Below, one piece after another: positions 8,756-19,870 of a DNA stretch of 64,000 nucleotides. Position numbers and translations under genes: made by a program. The stretch lies in the IMG/VR virus record IMGVR_UViG_2724679462_000002, positions 79,741-143,740 of that record; one strand, written 5' to 3'. The notes under the pieces are model-generated. The model worked only from the letters and a program-made list of their open reading frames with translations. It was not told where the DNA came from and made no database searches. Origin of the DNA: a virus (Duplodnaviria > Caudoviricetes). The first letter of the stretch is position 1. Every line of letters begins with the position of its first letter.

Positions 8756-10858
8756 TTAGTTGCTCGACGAGAGGGCGTCCAGGCGGTAACTCTGAATGGC
8801 CAAAGTCCCGACTGTCCTTAGGTTCGGCGCGTAGATTGCGATCACCAGCGTCCAGCTGTAGCCACGTTGCGCATCGGCGCCCGTGATGGTCGTCGTCGGG
8901 ACGATCGTGAAGCGGTTGTCGAAGATGCCCGACACGCGGTCCGTCACGTACTTGTTGATGTCCTTGATGAGCTGGGCGCTCGTGCGCTTCGTGTCACCGG
9001 AGAACGTACGACGAGCCTTGTCACCGATCTTCTCGAGCTGGCAAATCGCCATCGCGTTGAAGAACGAGTTCAGCACCGACGTGTCGTTGTCGTAGATCGT
9101 CTTCAGCGCCGGGAAGTAGGCCTTCCGACGCTCAAACGCCTCGACACCCACCATGCCGTTGGTCCAGTCGACGTTGCGGACCTTCGCCGGCCAGAACACG
9201 CAGTTCAGATCCGAGAACAGGTCGATTTCCGAACCCGGCGTCGTATCGAACGCGTTGCCCGACTTCCACTTGCCGTTGCTCGCGCCCATGTACCCCGCTG
9301 CCTTCGAGGCCAGTTCGATCGTGAGCGGAAGCGGCTTCGTGTACTGGCTGCCCGTGAGCGTGCCCGAGCCTGGTACGATCATGCCGCGCATGGTCGGCGT
9401 GCCGAAGTAATCCGATTCCGGGAACTGCTGGAGGTACGCCTTCAGCGCGATCGCCATGGACGACTCTTCTTCCGCGGTGAGCGGGGGCGAGAGGGTCGAG
9501 AACGTCGACAGGGCGACGAACGTGTCCTTGCGCTGCGAGATGAACTGCGCGATCGCCTTCTTCGCGGTCAGGGGGTAGCCCGAGTCCCAGAAGATCGATT
9601 CCGGTGCCAAGACCATGTCCTGAACCGGGTTCGTCAGATCCGAGTAGATCGACATGAAGTCCGACACGAGGCCTGCGAAGAGGGTGTCGTTCATCGTGCC
9701 GTCCGAACCGCCAGCGGCCCAGAGGGTCGTCGATTCGCCCAGGTAGGCTGCATCCGTGCCTTCGGAGTCGATCTGGAACGTCGAGTACGGAGCGCCCTGC
9801 GAGGACACGCCGCTCACGAAGTTGAAGAGCCACTCTTCGCCGTCAGCGCCGGTGAAGTCAGAGAACTGGTTGATCGCCGGAGTTTCCGCGGCATAGAACT
9901 CGCCGACCAGCTCCGCGACATTGCTGTCGTAGACGTGCAGCTTGCCGAACGTGCCGAAGATGTCAGCCACGCCGCTCGGGTCGTTCAGGCTCTGGTACGA
10001 CGAGATGAAGATGTCCTGGATCGAGATCTGGTTGTCCAGCGCCACGTTGATCGTGTTCGGCTTGAACGTCACTTCCAAGGACTGCGAGCCAGCGATCGAC
10101 GCTGCAACCTTGCCCGTCGCGTTGGACGCACTGCGCTGCACGCAGGCGACACGGAAAGGGTAGACGAGGTCGTCTTCGATGAAGTTCGGATTGGCCGGCG
10201 TGCTGGAGTTCACGGTCGGTGCCCAGAGACGCAGGCCACAGTTGTTGCCGTACTCGCCGAAGCTCGACACTTGCAGGTCGAGGATCGGGAAGCGGGTCGA
10301 GGTGGTCGACGTGCCAGACGTTTGGTCACCTGCCATCTGGGTCGCGGTGCCGAAGTCGCTTGCGCCGTTGGTGTAGCTGACTTCCGAGAGCACCCACTTT
10401 GCGACGAAGCCGGGCATCGTTGCGCCGTTGCCGGTTACGGCGACCTTCGCCCCGTTCGTGTCCGTCTTGAACGAGCCATCGGTGTTGCGTTCGTATTGCT
10501 GGATGTCCGTCGCCAGCACGTCCAGCCACAGACGCAGCGACGCCGGGGGATTCGCATCCGCCGGTTGCATCCGTCGCACCTGGATGGCGTTGCCTTGTCC
10601 GTTCACCGTGCTCGCGAGCACGGTTGCGTGGTTTGCCCACTTCTTGCGCAGATCGAAAGAGTCCGCGCCGTAGATGGTTTGCAGGTCCGCCCCGGACACC
10701 AGCTCGGTCGTCAATGGGCCCTTCTGCGTGTACAGCGGGATCAGCGGGAGGTGCTGCGGGATCTGCTCCGGCGTCGGTGTGACCTGCTGGGTACTCAGAT
10801 CCTGAGTGCCCTGCATGATGGTCATCGGAGCGCCATTGACAATCTGTGCCGTTGTCAT
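8756..10858 (-). CDS. Tail sheath protein (phiKZ gp29-like)
   Basis: 700 aa; N-terminal PQHLPLIPLYTQKGP, C-terminal FWDSGYPL...YFPALKTIYDNDTSVLNS; sheath-tube pair. Confidence 0.8.
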   Translation of the reverse strand: MTTAQIVNGAPMTIMQGTQDLSTQQVTPTPEQIPQHLPLIPLYTQKGPLTTELVSGADLQTIYGADSFDLRKKWANHATVLASTVNGQGNAIQVRRMQPADANPPASLRLWLDVLATDIQQYERNTDGSFKTDTNGAKVAVTGNGATMPGFVAKWVLSEVSYTNGASDFGTATQMAGDQTSGTSTTSTRFPILDLQVSSFGEYGNNCGLRLWAPTVNSSTPANPNFIEDDLVYPFRVACVQRSASNATGKVAASIAGSQSLEVTFKPNTINVALDNQISIQDIFISSYQSLNDPSGVADIFGTFGKLHVYDSNVAELVGEFYAAETPAINQFSDFTGADGEEWLFNFVSGVSSQGAPYSTFQIDSEGTDAAYLGESTTLWAAGGSDGTMNDTLFAGLVSDFMSIYSDLTNPVQDMVLAPESIFWDSGYPLTAKKAIAQFISQRKDTFVALSTFSTLSPPLTAEEESSMAIALKAYLQQFPESDYFGTPTMRGMIVPGSGTLTGSQYTKPLPLTIELASKAAGYMGASNGKWKSGNAFDTTPGSEIDLFSDLNCVFWPAKVRNVDWTNGMVGVEAFERRKAYFPALKTIYDNDTSVLNSFFNAMAICQLEKIGDKARRTFSGDTKRTSAQLIKDINKYVTDRVSGIFDNRFTIVPTTTITGADAQRGYSWTLVIAIYAPNLRTVGTLAIQSYRLDALSSSN

Positions 10859-11045
10859 GGTTGAGTTCCTGTCAATAATGGTATGGGTTCGAAGACGATG
10901 CGCCGCATCATATTAATTCCGACGTTTCGCACTACTTAGGTGTATGACCCCGGCACACAGACCCGGTGTGCAAGAAACGCACGAATTTCTTTAAGACATA
11001 GGATGCTGTCGGTGCCCCGACGGCATGACGCGACGAGGCTCTAAG

Positions 11046-11960
11046 ATGAAGCTCTTTTACACTGCATACGACACGACCGCGTGCAGCGGCTACGTGTTGG
11101 ACAAGCTCGAGGCGAGCCTCAAAGCGGCGGTGATTCACCTGCAATATCACCGTGACAACGGCTCGAACATCATCGAGATTCAAGGCAACGGATCGGTGGC
11201 GGCAGCCGTGCCCGAGTTCCAGCACCCCTTCATGCTCGAGTTCGATGGCGAGAAACTCATCTGCATCGACGCGCGCCCGTACGGCAGCTTCGATCGCCTG
11301 AAGGGAACATTCGTTGTTCGCAACACGATTGAGCATGCGCTGCTTCTACGTCGCGCTCAGCTGAACGATGTCTGGATCAACGAGGACTCGGCACTCTTGC
11401 GCGATGTCTCCCCGGTCGCGATGAACCTCTTCGCGAGCTGGGTGAGCGAGAACGTGGCACGGCGCTTTGCGCTGGACCCGAAGGAACAGCTCAACCTCGC
11501 TATCCTCGCGGCGTTCCATTACCAGTCGCTCTTCACCGACGCGTCGTTCCTCGACGACACGATGCGCATGAAGATGGCCACGCAGATCTCGCGCGGCATG
11601 CGCTGCTCAGCGGAAGACGTGCTCTCGGTGCTCGACGACCAATCGCGTCCCTGCCACAGCATTGCTGACTTCTGCTCGTTCGCCGCCGGCGCGACCGGAA
11701 GCGTGCGCCTGCAAGCCTTCAATCCGGGCGTGCTGGTGAGCATCATCAAGGGAACGTGGTTCGGCGTCGGCGCAGCAGAAATGCTGGCTGTGGCGCTCGA
11801 GCATCCGCCCACCTGGCTAGCTCTTCTGATGGCCGCGCACGTGGAGCGCACCTACAAGAATTCGGGCCTCGCCAAGCTCGTCGAGCGTCAGGCGCACAAG
11901 GAGCCGAACAAGCAGTTCCTGCGCGCTGTGCTCAACCTCACGCAACTGGCAACCGCCTAA
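11046..11960 (+). CDS. Hypothetical virion structural protein
   Basis: Divergent from the sheath gene; first gene of the structural/terminase operon. Confidence 0.65.
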   Translation: MKLFYTAYDTTACSGYVLDKLEASLKAAVIHLQYHRDNGSNIIEIQGNGSVAAAVPEFQHPFMLEFDGEKLICIDARPYGSFDRLKGTFVVRNTIEHALLLRRAQLNDVWINEDSALLRDVSPVAMNLFASWVSENVARRFALDPKEQLNLAILAAFHYQSLFTDASFLDDTMRMKMATQISRGMRCSAEDVLSVLDDQSRPCHSIADFCSFAAGATGSVRLQAFNPGVLVSIIKGTWFGVGAAEMLAVALEHPPTWLALLMAAHVERTYKNSGLAKLVERQAHKEPNKQFLRAVLNLTQLATA

Positions 11961-12027
11961 TTCCTCTCAAGACTCAAGACTCCTGGGGTGCTGTATGGCC
12001 CCAGGAGTATTCGCCATTGGGTGACTC

Positions 12028-14640
12028 ATGTTTGATTACCTCGTCGATAACGCACTGAAAAATATCTGGTGCGCGCCGGCGCAAGACCGGCAGGACATCT
12101 TCCAGCTGGCGAGATTGACGCCCGATGGTGGTGCGATGAACACGGTTCAGGTCGGCTGGAGACAGTACGATCTCCCTTCCAAGGGCGTGTACTTCCACGT
12201 GTACCAGATCGGTCAGATCAGCCCGCACATGGTCGGGCTGCTTTCTTCGGCGACGTCATGGACCACGTTCTCGACGGCCATGAACGCGAACAATCTGATC
12301 GCGGATCTATACACGAACGAGGGCTTGCAGATGCCTCGGTTCCAGTCGTACTTCATGGTCACGAAGAATAAGAACCTCATCGTGGCAGTCCAGTTCGAAT
12401 CGCCCATCGCGGTCAACCTGGACACGGACGCACTTTTTCTCCGTCTGTACAGCAACGCGTTCTTTCAAAGTCCGCGTGCAACGCTCGGTGCGACCAAGAA
12501 CTACATCGAGACGGCGGGTGTCGTGCCTGCCTTCAAGAGCGACATCCTGAACATTCAGAACAAGATTGCGGCGCTCGCGACGAAACCCGGCGCAGTGTAT
12601 GCGTTCATCAACGGCTACAAGGTCGATCAGGTGAACGTGCTGACCGCCCAGATCGGGGATGTTATCGAGTACCTCTACGACAGCTCGGTCTACAAGGTCG
12701 TCGACTTTCCGTTTCTGAATCTGCCCACGTTCAGCAGCACCCTCGATAGCAAGTTCAAGTATCTGCTGCACTACAACGGCACGAGCGACAACACGATCGA
12801 CTTCCAGGACGACGTGGACGTGTGGATCTATTACACGTTCCCGAGCGGCTTCACCAAGGGTCTCTACTACCATCACAACCGTCCGGACGCCCTGCGTAAC
12901 GTCACGCATCGCGACTACTCGATGCCGACCGCGTATGTGGCCGGGTTCGTGGCAGATCAGGATGATTGGGTAGCGGCGGCCAAGGTCACGATCCGTCTGC
13001 ACATCCGTCAAGCGGGGTTCGCGCGACCGCTCGCCTACGAAAGCAATCGCATCATGGAGCTTTACAAGCTTCCGGACGCGGGCATCGTAAGCGCCATGGC
13101 TGGCGCCAACTCGACGCTCGAAAATTGGCAGGCCGCCACGCTCGAAGCATCGTCGTATGCGCAGGTGATGGGCGCACAGCCGGCGACGAAGGTCACGCGA
13201 CAACTGGTCGAAGACGCGTATGGCTATAACGCGACCAGTCAGCTCGTCGGAAACAGCCCGCTCATTCCGACCAAGCAATCCGGTCAGTTGATCGTCACGC
13301 TGCCCTACAACCTGCAAAGTAACTCATCCGCGTGGGAATACGACAGCGAAGGCACGCTGCTCGGTTTCTATAACCATGCGAGCGGTGGCGTCTACACCTG
13401 TCAGAACAGCACCTGCGCCCTTGTCGAGATGTACGCCGGTACGGCAGGCCAGCAGTTGGACGACACGTACGGGATGACGACGCAGACGCTCAACCCTGCG
13501 CTCGACTACCGCATGTACACGTGCCCGGTCGATCAGATCACCGGCAAGCCGACCTATGCCTGGGAAGACGTGACGGGCAGCAGCCAGTACTCGATCGTGG
13601 GCACGACGCTCACATGGGCGATCGATCCAACGAAGGTCTACACCTGCGTGCGAAGCAACAAGGTGATGCTCGCCTACACGCTCTACATCCAGCCGCAGGA
13701 AGGCTACCTGCCGATTCAGATCCAGCAGGAAGGCATTCGGAACTATGTGTTGCAGCTCTTCGCGATGCAGATTCCCATGGGGCAACTCGATGTGTTCGTG
13801 AATGGCCGGACGATGATCGACGAGCTCGACTTCGTGATGCAGTTTCCGACGATCATGATCAACAACGTGACGGCGCTCGACTTCCCGCAAGACAAACAGC
13901 AGCAGATCACGATTCGTTGGAGCGGATTCTGCAATCGCGATCTGACGCCGCGCAGCTATCGTGAAACGGGCTGGGTGCAGTACGGTCTGCTCTCGAACAA
14001 CAACCGCTACAACATCCGGGACGACGACGTTACCCGGATCGTCATGGGCGGGGGTGTCTATCCGAAGTCCGCACTCAAGTTCGCGGAGAGCTCGGCGGAT
14101 GTGCTGGGACCGCAATCCATCAACGGACAGCCTTACCAGATTCAGAAGGTGGTGGTGCCAATGTTGGGCGTGACCACCGAGGACACGTACGTGTATCTCG
14201 AGAAGGCAATGGCGATCGACAAGGCCGTCGAAGATTACATGACCTTGTACTACCCGCTGCCCCAAGCGAGTGGTCCCGACACGATCACGGAGTTGTATCC
14301 GGTCTTCAGTCCGTTCTCCTGCAAGATCATCTACGACCTTGTGCTCGGCATCATCGACGAAGCACCGTTCAGGCAGTTTTACAACGACGCGTATGTGAAG
14401 CAGGTGTGCGCGCCGTACGAGTACTTGCTGGCGTACGACCCGACGCAAACGGCGAACCGCCCAGACCCGAACTTCGTCACGATCCGCCCGCACAACCTGA
14501 CGGTCACGATCTCGCTCGACCTGTACGCCTACAACTTCCTGAATCACGTTATCCGCATCTACCTGAACGGTCTGGTGCAGTTGAACAACTTCGTCTCGAT
14601 CGCCAGCATCAGCAGCGCCAGCGCGATCAGCAGCAGCTAA
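12028..14640 (+). CDS. Large virion structural protein (phiKZ gp27-like position, probably baseplate/tail)
   Basis: 870-aa ORF between the sheath and terminase genes. Confidence 0.65.
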   Translation: MFDYLVDNALKNIWCAPAQDRQDIFQLARLTPDGGAMNTVQVGWRQYDLPSKGVYFHVYQIGQISPHMVGLLSSATSWTTFSTAMNANNLIADLYTNEGLQMPRFQSYFMVTKNKNLIVAVQFESPIAVNLDTDALFLRLYSNAFFQSPRATLGATKNYIETAGVVPAFKSDILNIQNKIAALATKPGAVYAFINGYKVDQVNVLTAQIGDVIEYLYDSSVYKVVDFPFLNLPTFSSTLDSKFKYLLHYNGTSDNTIDFQDDVDVWIYYTFPSGFTKGLYYHHNRPDALRNVTHRDYSMPTAYVAGFVADQDDWVAAAKVTIRLHIRQAGFARPLAYESNRIMELYKLPDAGIVSAMAGANSTLENWQAATLEASSYAQVMGAQPATKVTRQLVEDAYGYNATSQLVGNSPLIPTKQSGQLIVTLPYNLQSNSSAWEYDSEGTLLGFYNHASGGVYTCQNSTCALVEMYAGTAGQQLDDTYGMTTQTLNPALDYRMYTCPVDQITGKPTYAWEDVTGSSQYSIVGTTLTWAIDPTKVYTCVRSNKVMLAYTLYIQPQEGYLPIQIQQEGIRNYVLQLFAMQIPMGQLDVFVNGRTMIDELDFVMQFPTIMINNVTALDFPQDKQQQITIRWSGFCNRDLTPRSYRETGWVQYGLLSNNNRYNIRDDDVTRIVMGGGVYPKSALKFAESSADVLGPQSINGQPYQIQKVVVPMLGVTTEDTYVYLEKAMAIDKAVEDYMTLYYPLPQASGPDTITELYPVFSPFSCKIIYDLVLGIIDEAPFRQFYNDAYVKQVCAPYEYLLAYDPTQTANRPDPNFVTIRPHNLTVTISLDLYAYNFLNHVIRIYLNGLVQLNNFVSIASISSASAISSS

Positions 14641-14664
14641 TTCTTTCCCTCTTTGGAGTCGTCA

Positions 14665-16356
14665 ATGGCTGACGCAGTCAATCTGCCGACCGGCACCGAC
14701 GGGGGCGTCCCGATCTACAACCCAAATGGGCTGTGGCAGATCTGGGCGCTTCAGTCCGTCTTTCAGGGCCAGTCCGGCAGTAACATGTACATCCCGAAGG
14801 TCAACGACTACGTCTGCGACTACACCACGAACGACTGGTATCGGGTGGCGGTGGTCGATCCGGTGACCTACATCCCGACCCTGGTCGCGCTCACCACGGC
14901 GCCCAATGCCGTGATGACCTCCGGCGATCTGCTTCAGGGTGTGGGGCCGGGCACACAGGCCGATACTTACCGCGTCTATCTGGATACGAGCGTGATCCCG
15001 TACTCGCTCGCGGTCGACGCGCGTCTGTGGTTCCCGGGCGACGAAGCAGCGTTTGTGAAGATCTTCACAGGCGCGGACTTCTCGAACAACAACAACTGCA
15101 TCTCGGCGAATTACGATCAGTCCGGCAAGTTGCTCAATCAGGCGATTCCGACCACGCCGAAGACCGTCACGTTCCCGGACGGCTCGTCTGGCACGGTGAT
15201 GACGGTCCCTGTCTGCTACACCAACGTGCAAGTCGCTGATGGCACGCCGGTGACGGCCGTGGCGTACTCGAGCTCGGGCATGGTCGTCTCGAAGCGACAG
15301 CTGCTGGTCGAAAACACCTCGTTCATCCGTCTGGCGGATACGGGCGTGAAGTATGTGACGGGCATCCAGCTGCTCTCGCCGTTCCTCTCGACGTCTGATC
15401 CGACGCTCATCCAGTTCCCGGTCAACGTGCTGCTCTCGGGCCTGAACCTCATGGGTGTGGTGCAGTACAGCGACGGCTCGTCGGCAACGCTGCCGGTGGA
15501 TGGCACGAAGTTCCAGATCTTCGGTTTCGACAGCTTCGTTTCGACGGTCGTGGGCGAGAAGTTCGACCTGGTGCTCAAGTACAACCTGTCTTCGGACGAG
15601 GCGGTCTATGGCGCGAACTCGGTCAACAACGCCAAGTTCATCACGTCCAAGTACAGCGCTGTCACGATCAACGAAGACGGCGACTACACGCTGAAGCTCT
15701 TCGCGTTCCCGGTGTGGATCGACGCGGTGAGCGGCTACCGCCTGCAGTGGTACCTGTACGAACTCGATCGCAGCAACTGGTGGAATGTCACGAGTCTGGT
15801 TACCTTCTCGCCGGCCTCGCCCGCATTCCAACCGCTGGGCTACGGTATCCAGCAGAACATCGAAGGTCAGGTTCAGCTGAACAAGGTCGATCCGGGCTTC
15901 ACGAACTACCTGTTCACGGCGACCGTAGCGATCACGCTTCTGGCACCGGGCACACAGTCGTCGCCGTGGGAAGTCCAGTTCGAGCCGGGTCAGCAACCGC
16001 CGTTCGGTCCGGGCAACTTCGCCGCGACCACGATGTTGGCGGCGAACAACTACACCCTCAACCTGACCAGCGGTTACGCGTCCCAGGCGGATTGGCTGCA
16101 AGCGTTTTACTACAACGCGCTGCCATTGACCGATCTCGCCCAGGAAGCAAGCGTGCCGGTGCCGACGCACTTTGCGATTCAGATGCCCGACGGCAGCTCG
16201 CCGATCGTCTGTCTGCTCTCGCAGTGGAACTCGACGCAGACCTCCACGACGCCGATCGCCGATCGCAGCACGTTGTTCATCACGTTCTTCCTGCGCACCA
16301 GCACAAACGACCTTCAGCTCTCCATCGCGGGTATCCCCGTTCAACAGACCAACTGA
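14665..16356 (+). CDS. Virion structural protein (beta-rich; phiKZ gp26-like position)
   Basis: GGAG RBS before ATG 14665; T/S/V-rich composition; immediately upstream of terminase. Confidence 0.65.
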   Translation: MADAVNLPTGTDGGVPIYNPNGLWQIWALQSVFQGQSGSNMYIPKVNDYVCDYTTNDWYRVAVVDPVTYIPTLVALTTAPNAVMTSGDLLQGVGPGTQADTYRVYLDTSVIPYSLAVDARLWFPGDEAAFVKIFTGADFSNNNNCISANYDQSGKLLNQAIPTTPKTVTFPDGSSGTVMTVPVCYTNVQVADGTPVTAVAYSSSGMVVSKRQLLVENTSFIRLADTGVKYVTGIQLLSPFLSTSDPTLIQFPVNVLLSGLNLMGVVQYSDGSSATLPVDGTKFQIFGFDSFVSTVVGEKFDLVLKYNLSSDEAVYGANSVNNAKFITSKYSAVTINEDGDYTLKLFAFPVWIDAVSGYRLQWYLYELDRSNWWNVTSLVTFSPASPAFQPLGYGIQQNIEGQVQLNKVDPGFTNYLFTATVAITLLAPGTQSSPWEVQFEPGQQPPFGPGNFAATTMLAANNYTLNLTSGYASQADWLQAFYYNALPLTDLAQEASVPVPTHFAIQMPDGSSPIVCLLSQWNSTQTSTTPIADRSTLFITFFLRTSTNDLQLSIAGIPVQQTN

Positions 16357-16436
16357 TCAATCTGTCGTCTGTCCCGCCTTCCCCCGCTGGGGAGGACGGG
16401 GTGGACGGCGTGTTGTTTGGTTCATTGAGAAAGAAA

Positions 16437-18683
16437 ATGATTCTGTTCCTTGAAGATTGGTATCGCTATCCGAACGCCATCATCGATACCAAGACGAGCA
16501 ATCAAAGCTACGTCCGTCTCGCCTCGGTTTATCGAAAAATGGGCGTGAAGAACAACGCCTTCTGTCTGGCACTCATCAATCCTGCGCTCCAGGGTCTCGA
16601 CCCGTTCGCGCCCGATCTTACGATCGAGGAAATGGCCGCGGTCGCTGTTGAAGTCAAGAACAACCCGTGGTACTTCATGCGCGAAATCGCGCGCGTCCCG
16701 CCGATCGGTGGCGGTGGTTCGACACCGTTCGAAGGCAACCGGGGCAACGTAGCGCTGTTCTGGTGCTTCTTCAACCACGTCATGACGTTCCTGATTCAGA
16801 TCCGTCAGACGGGTAAGTCGCTCTCGACCGACTTGTTGATGACGCTGCTGATGAATTTCCGCTGCGAGAACACGGAAATCAACTTGTTGACAAAGGACGA
16901 AACCCTCCGCAAGACCAACATCGACCGACTGAAGAAGTGCATTGACGAGCTGCCGCCGTATCTGATCCAGCGTAACCCGAAGGTTGATACGAACAACACC
17001 GAGGCGATCACGATCAACTCGATGGGCAACATCTACAAGACGCACGTGCCGCAGGCGTCTGAGAAAGGCGCCTACAAGCTGGGTCGCGGCCTCACCTCGC
17101 CGATCATGCACATCGACGAATCGCCCTTCCAGCCTAACGTCCAGATTGCAGTCGGTTCGGCACTGGCTGCAACCGGTGCGGCAGTCGATAAGGTCAAGGC
17201 CAATGGTGGCGACTACGGGACCATCTTCACCACGACGGCTGGGAAGATCGACGATAAGGACGGTGCTTTCATTTACGGATTGCTTCAAGCGGCTGCGATT
17301 TGGACGGAGAAGTTCTACGACGCGAAGAACCAGCAAGAGCTGGAGGACATGGTTCGTAAAGCATCGCGTGGCGAGAGGGGTGGCGTCTATCGGGTGAATA
17401 TCACGCTGAATCACCGCCAGTTGGGCAAGACCGATGAATGGCTGCGTGAAAAGCTCGAAGCGTCGACCGCGAGCGGGGATGACGCGAACCGAGACTACTT
17501 CAACATGTGGACGGCGGGCTCGCTGACCAACCCGCTGCCGATCGCGATCCTCAAGGCGATCACAAACAGCGTGCAGGATGTGAAGCACACGGAGATCAGC
17601 CCGCAAGGCTACGTCACCCGCTGGTACATCGAGGAAGAAGAGATCGAGCAACGGATGGCCGAGGGTCGCTTTGTGATGGGTATGGACACCTCCGAAGCTT
17701 CGGGCGGTGACGACATCTCGCTCTACCTCCAGGACATCGAGACGTTGGAAACGATCGCGGCCGGAACGTACAACGAAACCAACCTCATCACCTTCTGCGA
17801 ATGGCTGTGCAGCTGGTTCGCCCGCTTCTCGACCTTCACGGCGAACATTGAGCGCCGCAGTACGGGCGCGACCGTGCTCGACTACTTGTTGCTGATGTTG
17901 CCCGCGATGGGAATCGATCCGTTCGAACGTCTCTTCAACAAGGTGGTGCAGGACTACGACGAGATGCCGGACCGCTTCAAGGAGATCCAGGTTCCGATGG
18001 GTCGTCGCCCCGCGGACATCTACGTGCGGTACAAGAAGATGTTCGGCTTCACAACTTCGGGCGGCATGGGTGCAACGTCACGCGCCCTGCTCTACTCCGA
18101 ATCGCTTCAACTCGCAGCGAAACGCGGCTGCACTGTCGTCCACGATAAGACGCTGATTGAGCAGATTACCTCGCTGGTGTCGAAGAACGGTCGTATCGAT
18201 CACCCGGCAGGCGGGCACGACGACATGGTCATCGGCTGGCTGCTGAGCAACTGGCTGCTGACGAAAGGCAAGATGCTTTCGTTCTACGGCATTGACCAGC
18301 GTCGTATCGGTGCAGCGTTGGGCGGCGCAACCGAGGAACAGGTCATCGATCGTCAGACGCGTCAAGAGCAACAGCAGATACGCGAGCAGATCGAGACCGT
18401 CTACGAGCAACTGTCGAAGGAGTCGAACGAGTGGATCTCGCAGCGTCTCGAACATCAGCTCCGTATGCTCGACCGCAAGTTGGTGTTGGAACAGGGCGAG
18501 ATCTTCAGTTTGGATACGCTCCTCAACAACGCTCGCGAGAAGAAGCGCGAGCGCATGCGAGAAGGTGCGTCGAACAGGCGGAACATGCCGCAGTCCTATA
18601 ACAACATGCACGGGCATTTCAGCGATCGACCACCCACCATGTCGATGAATGCGTACGAGCGGAGATTCCTCCGGGCGGCATAA
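16437..18683 (+). CDS. terL: Terminase large subunit
   Basis: NPWYFMRE, Walker A IRQTGKS, Walker B HIDE, coupling motif TTTAG, nuclease GMDTSEA and GHDDMVI; true start ATG 16437. Confidence 0.9.
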   Translation: MILFLEDWYRYPNAIIDTKTSNQSYVRLASVYRKMGVKNNAFCLALINPALQGLDPFAPDLTIEEMAAVAVEVKNNPWYFMREIARVPPIGGGGSTPFEGNRGNVALFWCFFNHVMTFLIQIRQTGKSLSTDLLMTLLMNFRCENTEINLLTKDETLRKTNIDRLKKCIDELPPYLIQRNPKVDTNNTEAITINSMGNIYKTHVPQASEKGAYKLGRGLTSPIMHIDESPFQPNVQIAVGSALAATGAAVDKVKANGGDYGTIFTTTAGKIDDKDGAFIYGLLQAAAIWTEKFYDAKNQQELEDMVRKASRGERGGVYRVNITLNHRQLGKTDEWLREKLEASTASGDDANRDYFNMWTAGSLTNPLPIAILKAITNSVQDVKHTEISPQGYVTRWYIEEEEIEQRMAEGRFVMGMDTSEASGGDDISLYLQDIETLETIAAGTYNETNLITFCEWLCSWFARFSTFTANIERRSTGATVLDYLLLMLPAMGIDPFERLFNKVVQDYDEMPDRFKEIQVPMGRRPADIYVRYKKMFGFTTSGGMGATSRALLYSESLQLAAKRGCTVVHDKTLIEQITSLVSKNGRIDHPAGGHDDMVIGWLLSNWLLTKGKMLSFYGIDQRRIGAALGGATEEQVIDRQTRQEQQQIREQIETVYEQLSKESNEWISQRLEHQLRMLDRKLVLEQGEIFSLDTLLNNAREKKRERMREGASNRRNMPQSYNNMHGHFSDRPPTMSMNAYERRFLRAA

Positions 18684-18684
18684 A

Positions 18685-18728
18685 GGCATAATTGCCAGAG
18701 CGGATCAATCCGCTCTGGCAATTATGAT
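18685..18728. terminator. Long perfect hairpin after terL
   Basis: CATAATTGCCAGAGCGGAT-CA-ATCCGCTCTGGCAATTATG. Confidence 0.7.
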
Positions 18729-18794
18729 GTTTTGCCGTCTATACTCGTGATTGATTCGTGGACGTTCTTGAATACCTACGCAAGAGGTGAAGAG

Positions 18795-19823
18795 ATGGCT
18801 GTCCTAGAAATGACTCGAGATCCGGAATGGTTGTTAATGTCCTCTGAGGAAAAGATGGAGGCCAGTCTTTCAGAGGCGCTTCAGTTTTTTTACACAATCG
18901 ACGAGCTGCCCATTACAACTCCAAAAGTTAAAAATTATTTAGTTTTCTTATCGGATTCGCCAATCGAGGAGCCGTCCGACTACGAGTATGGAATCGCTTG
19001 CGTACTAGCACTCCACTTTCCGAACTTTCTACTTCGCGGAATTAGCTCAAATTCAGATCGCGAGAGGTTGGCCGAAATACGAGAAAGAATCCTTTATCCC
19101 TTCTTAGAACACCTGTACGACGCGGAGGCAATTACCAGCACGCTTGCTGAATACGTAGGTGCCAATTTCGGAGACGTAAGAGCTCAAATTGGAGTTACGC
19201 AATTCAGTTACGACTCGTTAAGCGCACTGGTGAAGGGGATATTTGAAGACACCAATTTTAAAATTTTTAGGGCCTCGCTACAAGCAGCAATGGCCTTGAA
19301 GCCGGAAAGCAATAAACATGAGCGAGATTTCGGTGGTCTAGAGGAAATTCTTCTCGAGCGAATTGGGAACCGTGCTGAAGGTTCCCAGAATTATCCGGAA
19401 TACCTCGGAAAGTTGAGACGCGCCGAATACCTCGTCGAACGAAGTTATTCCAATCTAACATTGCGGATGGCTTTACATTTTCGTGGACACGAAGGTTTTT
19501 CCGGCGCCGTGTTAGGAGGGCTCGGATTGCTCCTTCTTATCTTGAACCAAATAACCGGAGCGTCTTTTGGTCTTATCCCGAGCGCTTACGCTCAATCCGG
19601 TGCTCCGCCAAATAAAGTCGGCTTTACGCCGCCCTTAGGTATTCCTCCATCGTTTTGGGTTTGGATGGTCGTAGGCTTCTACGCGTTTCTGCTTTCGGTT
19701 CTGATTGTCTTTTTGTGGAAGGGCTATCTGGCAACACCGAAAAGCGAGAAAGCAGCAAGCTTCATCGATCGGTTCGGGACGCTTGCACTCGGCGTCTTTC
19801 TAGGCAAAGTAACTGGAGCATGA
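18795..19823 (+). CDS. AT-rich accessory membrane protein (C-terminal TM segments)
   Basis: GAGGTG RBS before ATG 18795; atypical codons (TTA, ATA, AGA); three hydrophobic segments near the C-terminus. Confidence 0.65.
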   Translation: MAVLEMTRDPEWLLMSSEEKMEASLSEALQFFYTIDELPITTPKVKNYLVFLSDSPIEEPSDYEYGIACVLALHFPNFLLRGISSNSDRERLAEIRERILYPFLEHLYDAEAITSTLAEYVGANFGDVRAQIGVTQFSYDSLSALVKGIFEDTNFKIFRASLQAAMALKPESNKHERDFGGLEEILLERIGNRAEGSQNYPEYLGKLRRAEYLVERSYSNLTLRMALHFRGHEGFSGAVLGGLGLLLLILNQITGASFGLIPSAYAQSGAPPNKVGFTPPLGIPPSFWVWMVVGFYAFLLSVLIVFLWKGYLATPKSEKAASFIDRFGTLALGVFLGKVTGA

Positions 19824-19870
19824 AGGGCATAAGGGCCAGCGCGGAGTAATCCGCCCTGTCCTCTATGACA

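Noticed and set aside
15714-16436. Apparent 241-aa N-terminal extension of terminase
   Set aside because: It overlaps the upstream structural gene in another frame; the terminase-like sequence starts at ATG 16437
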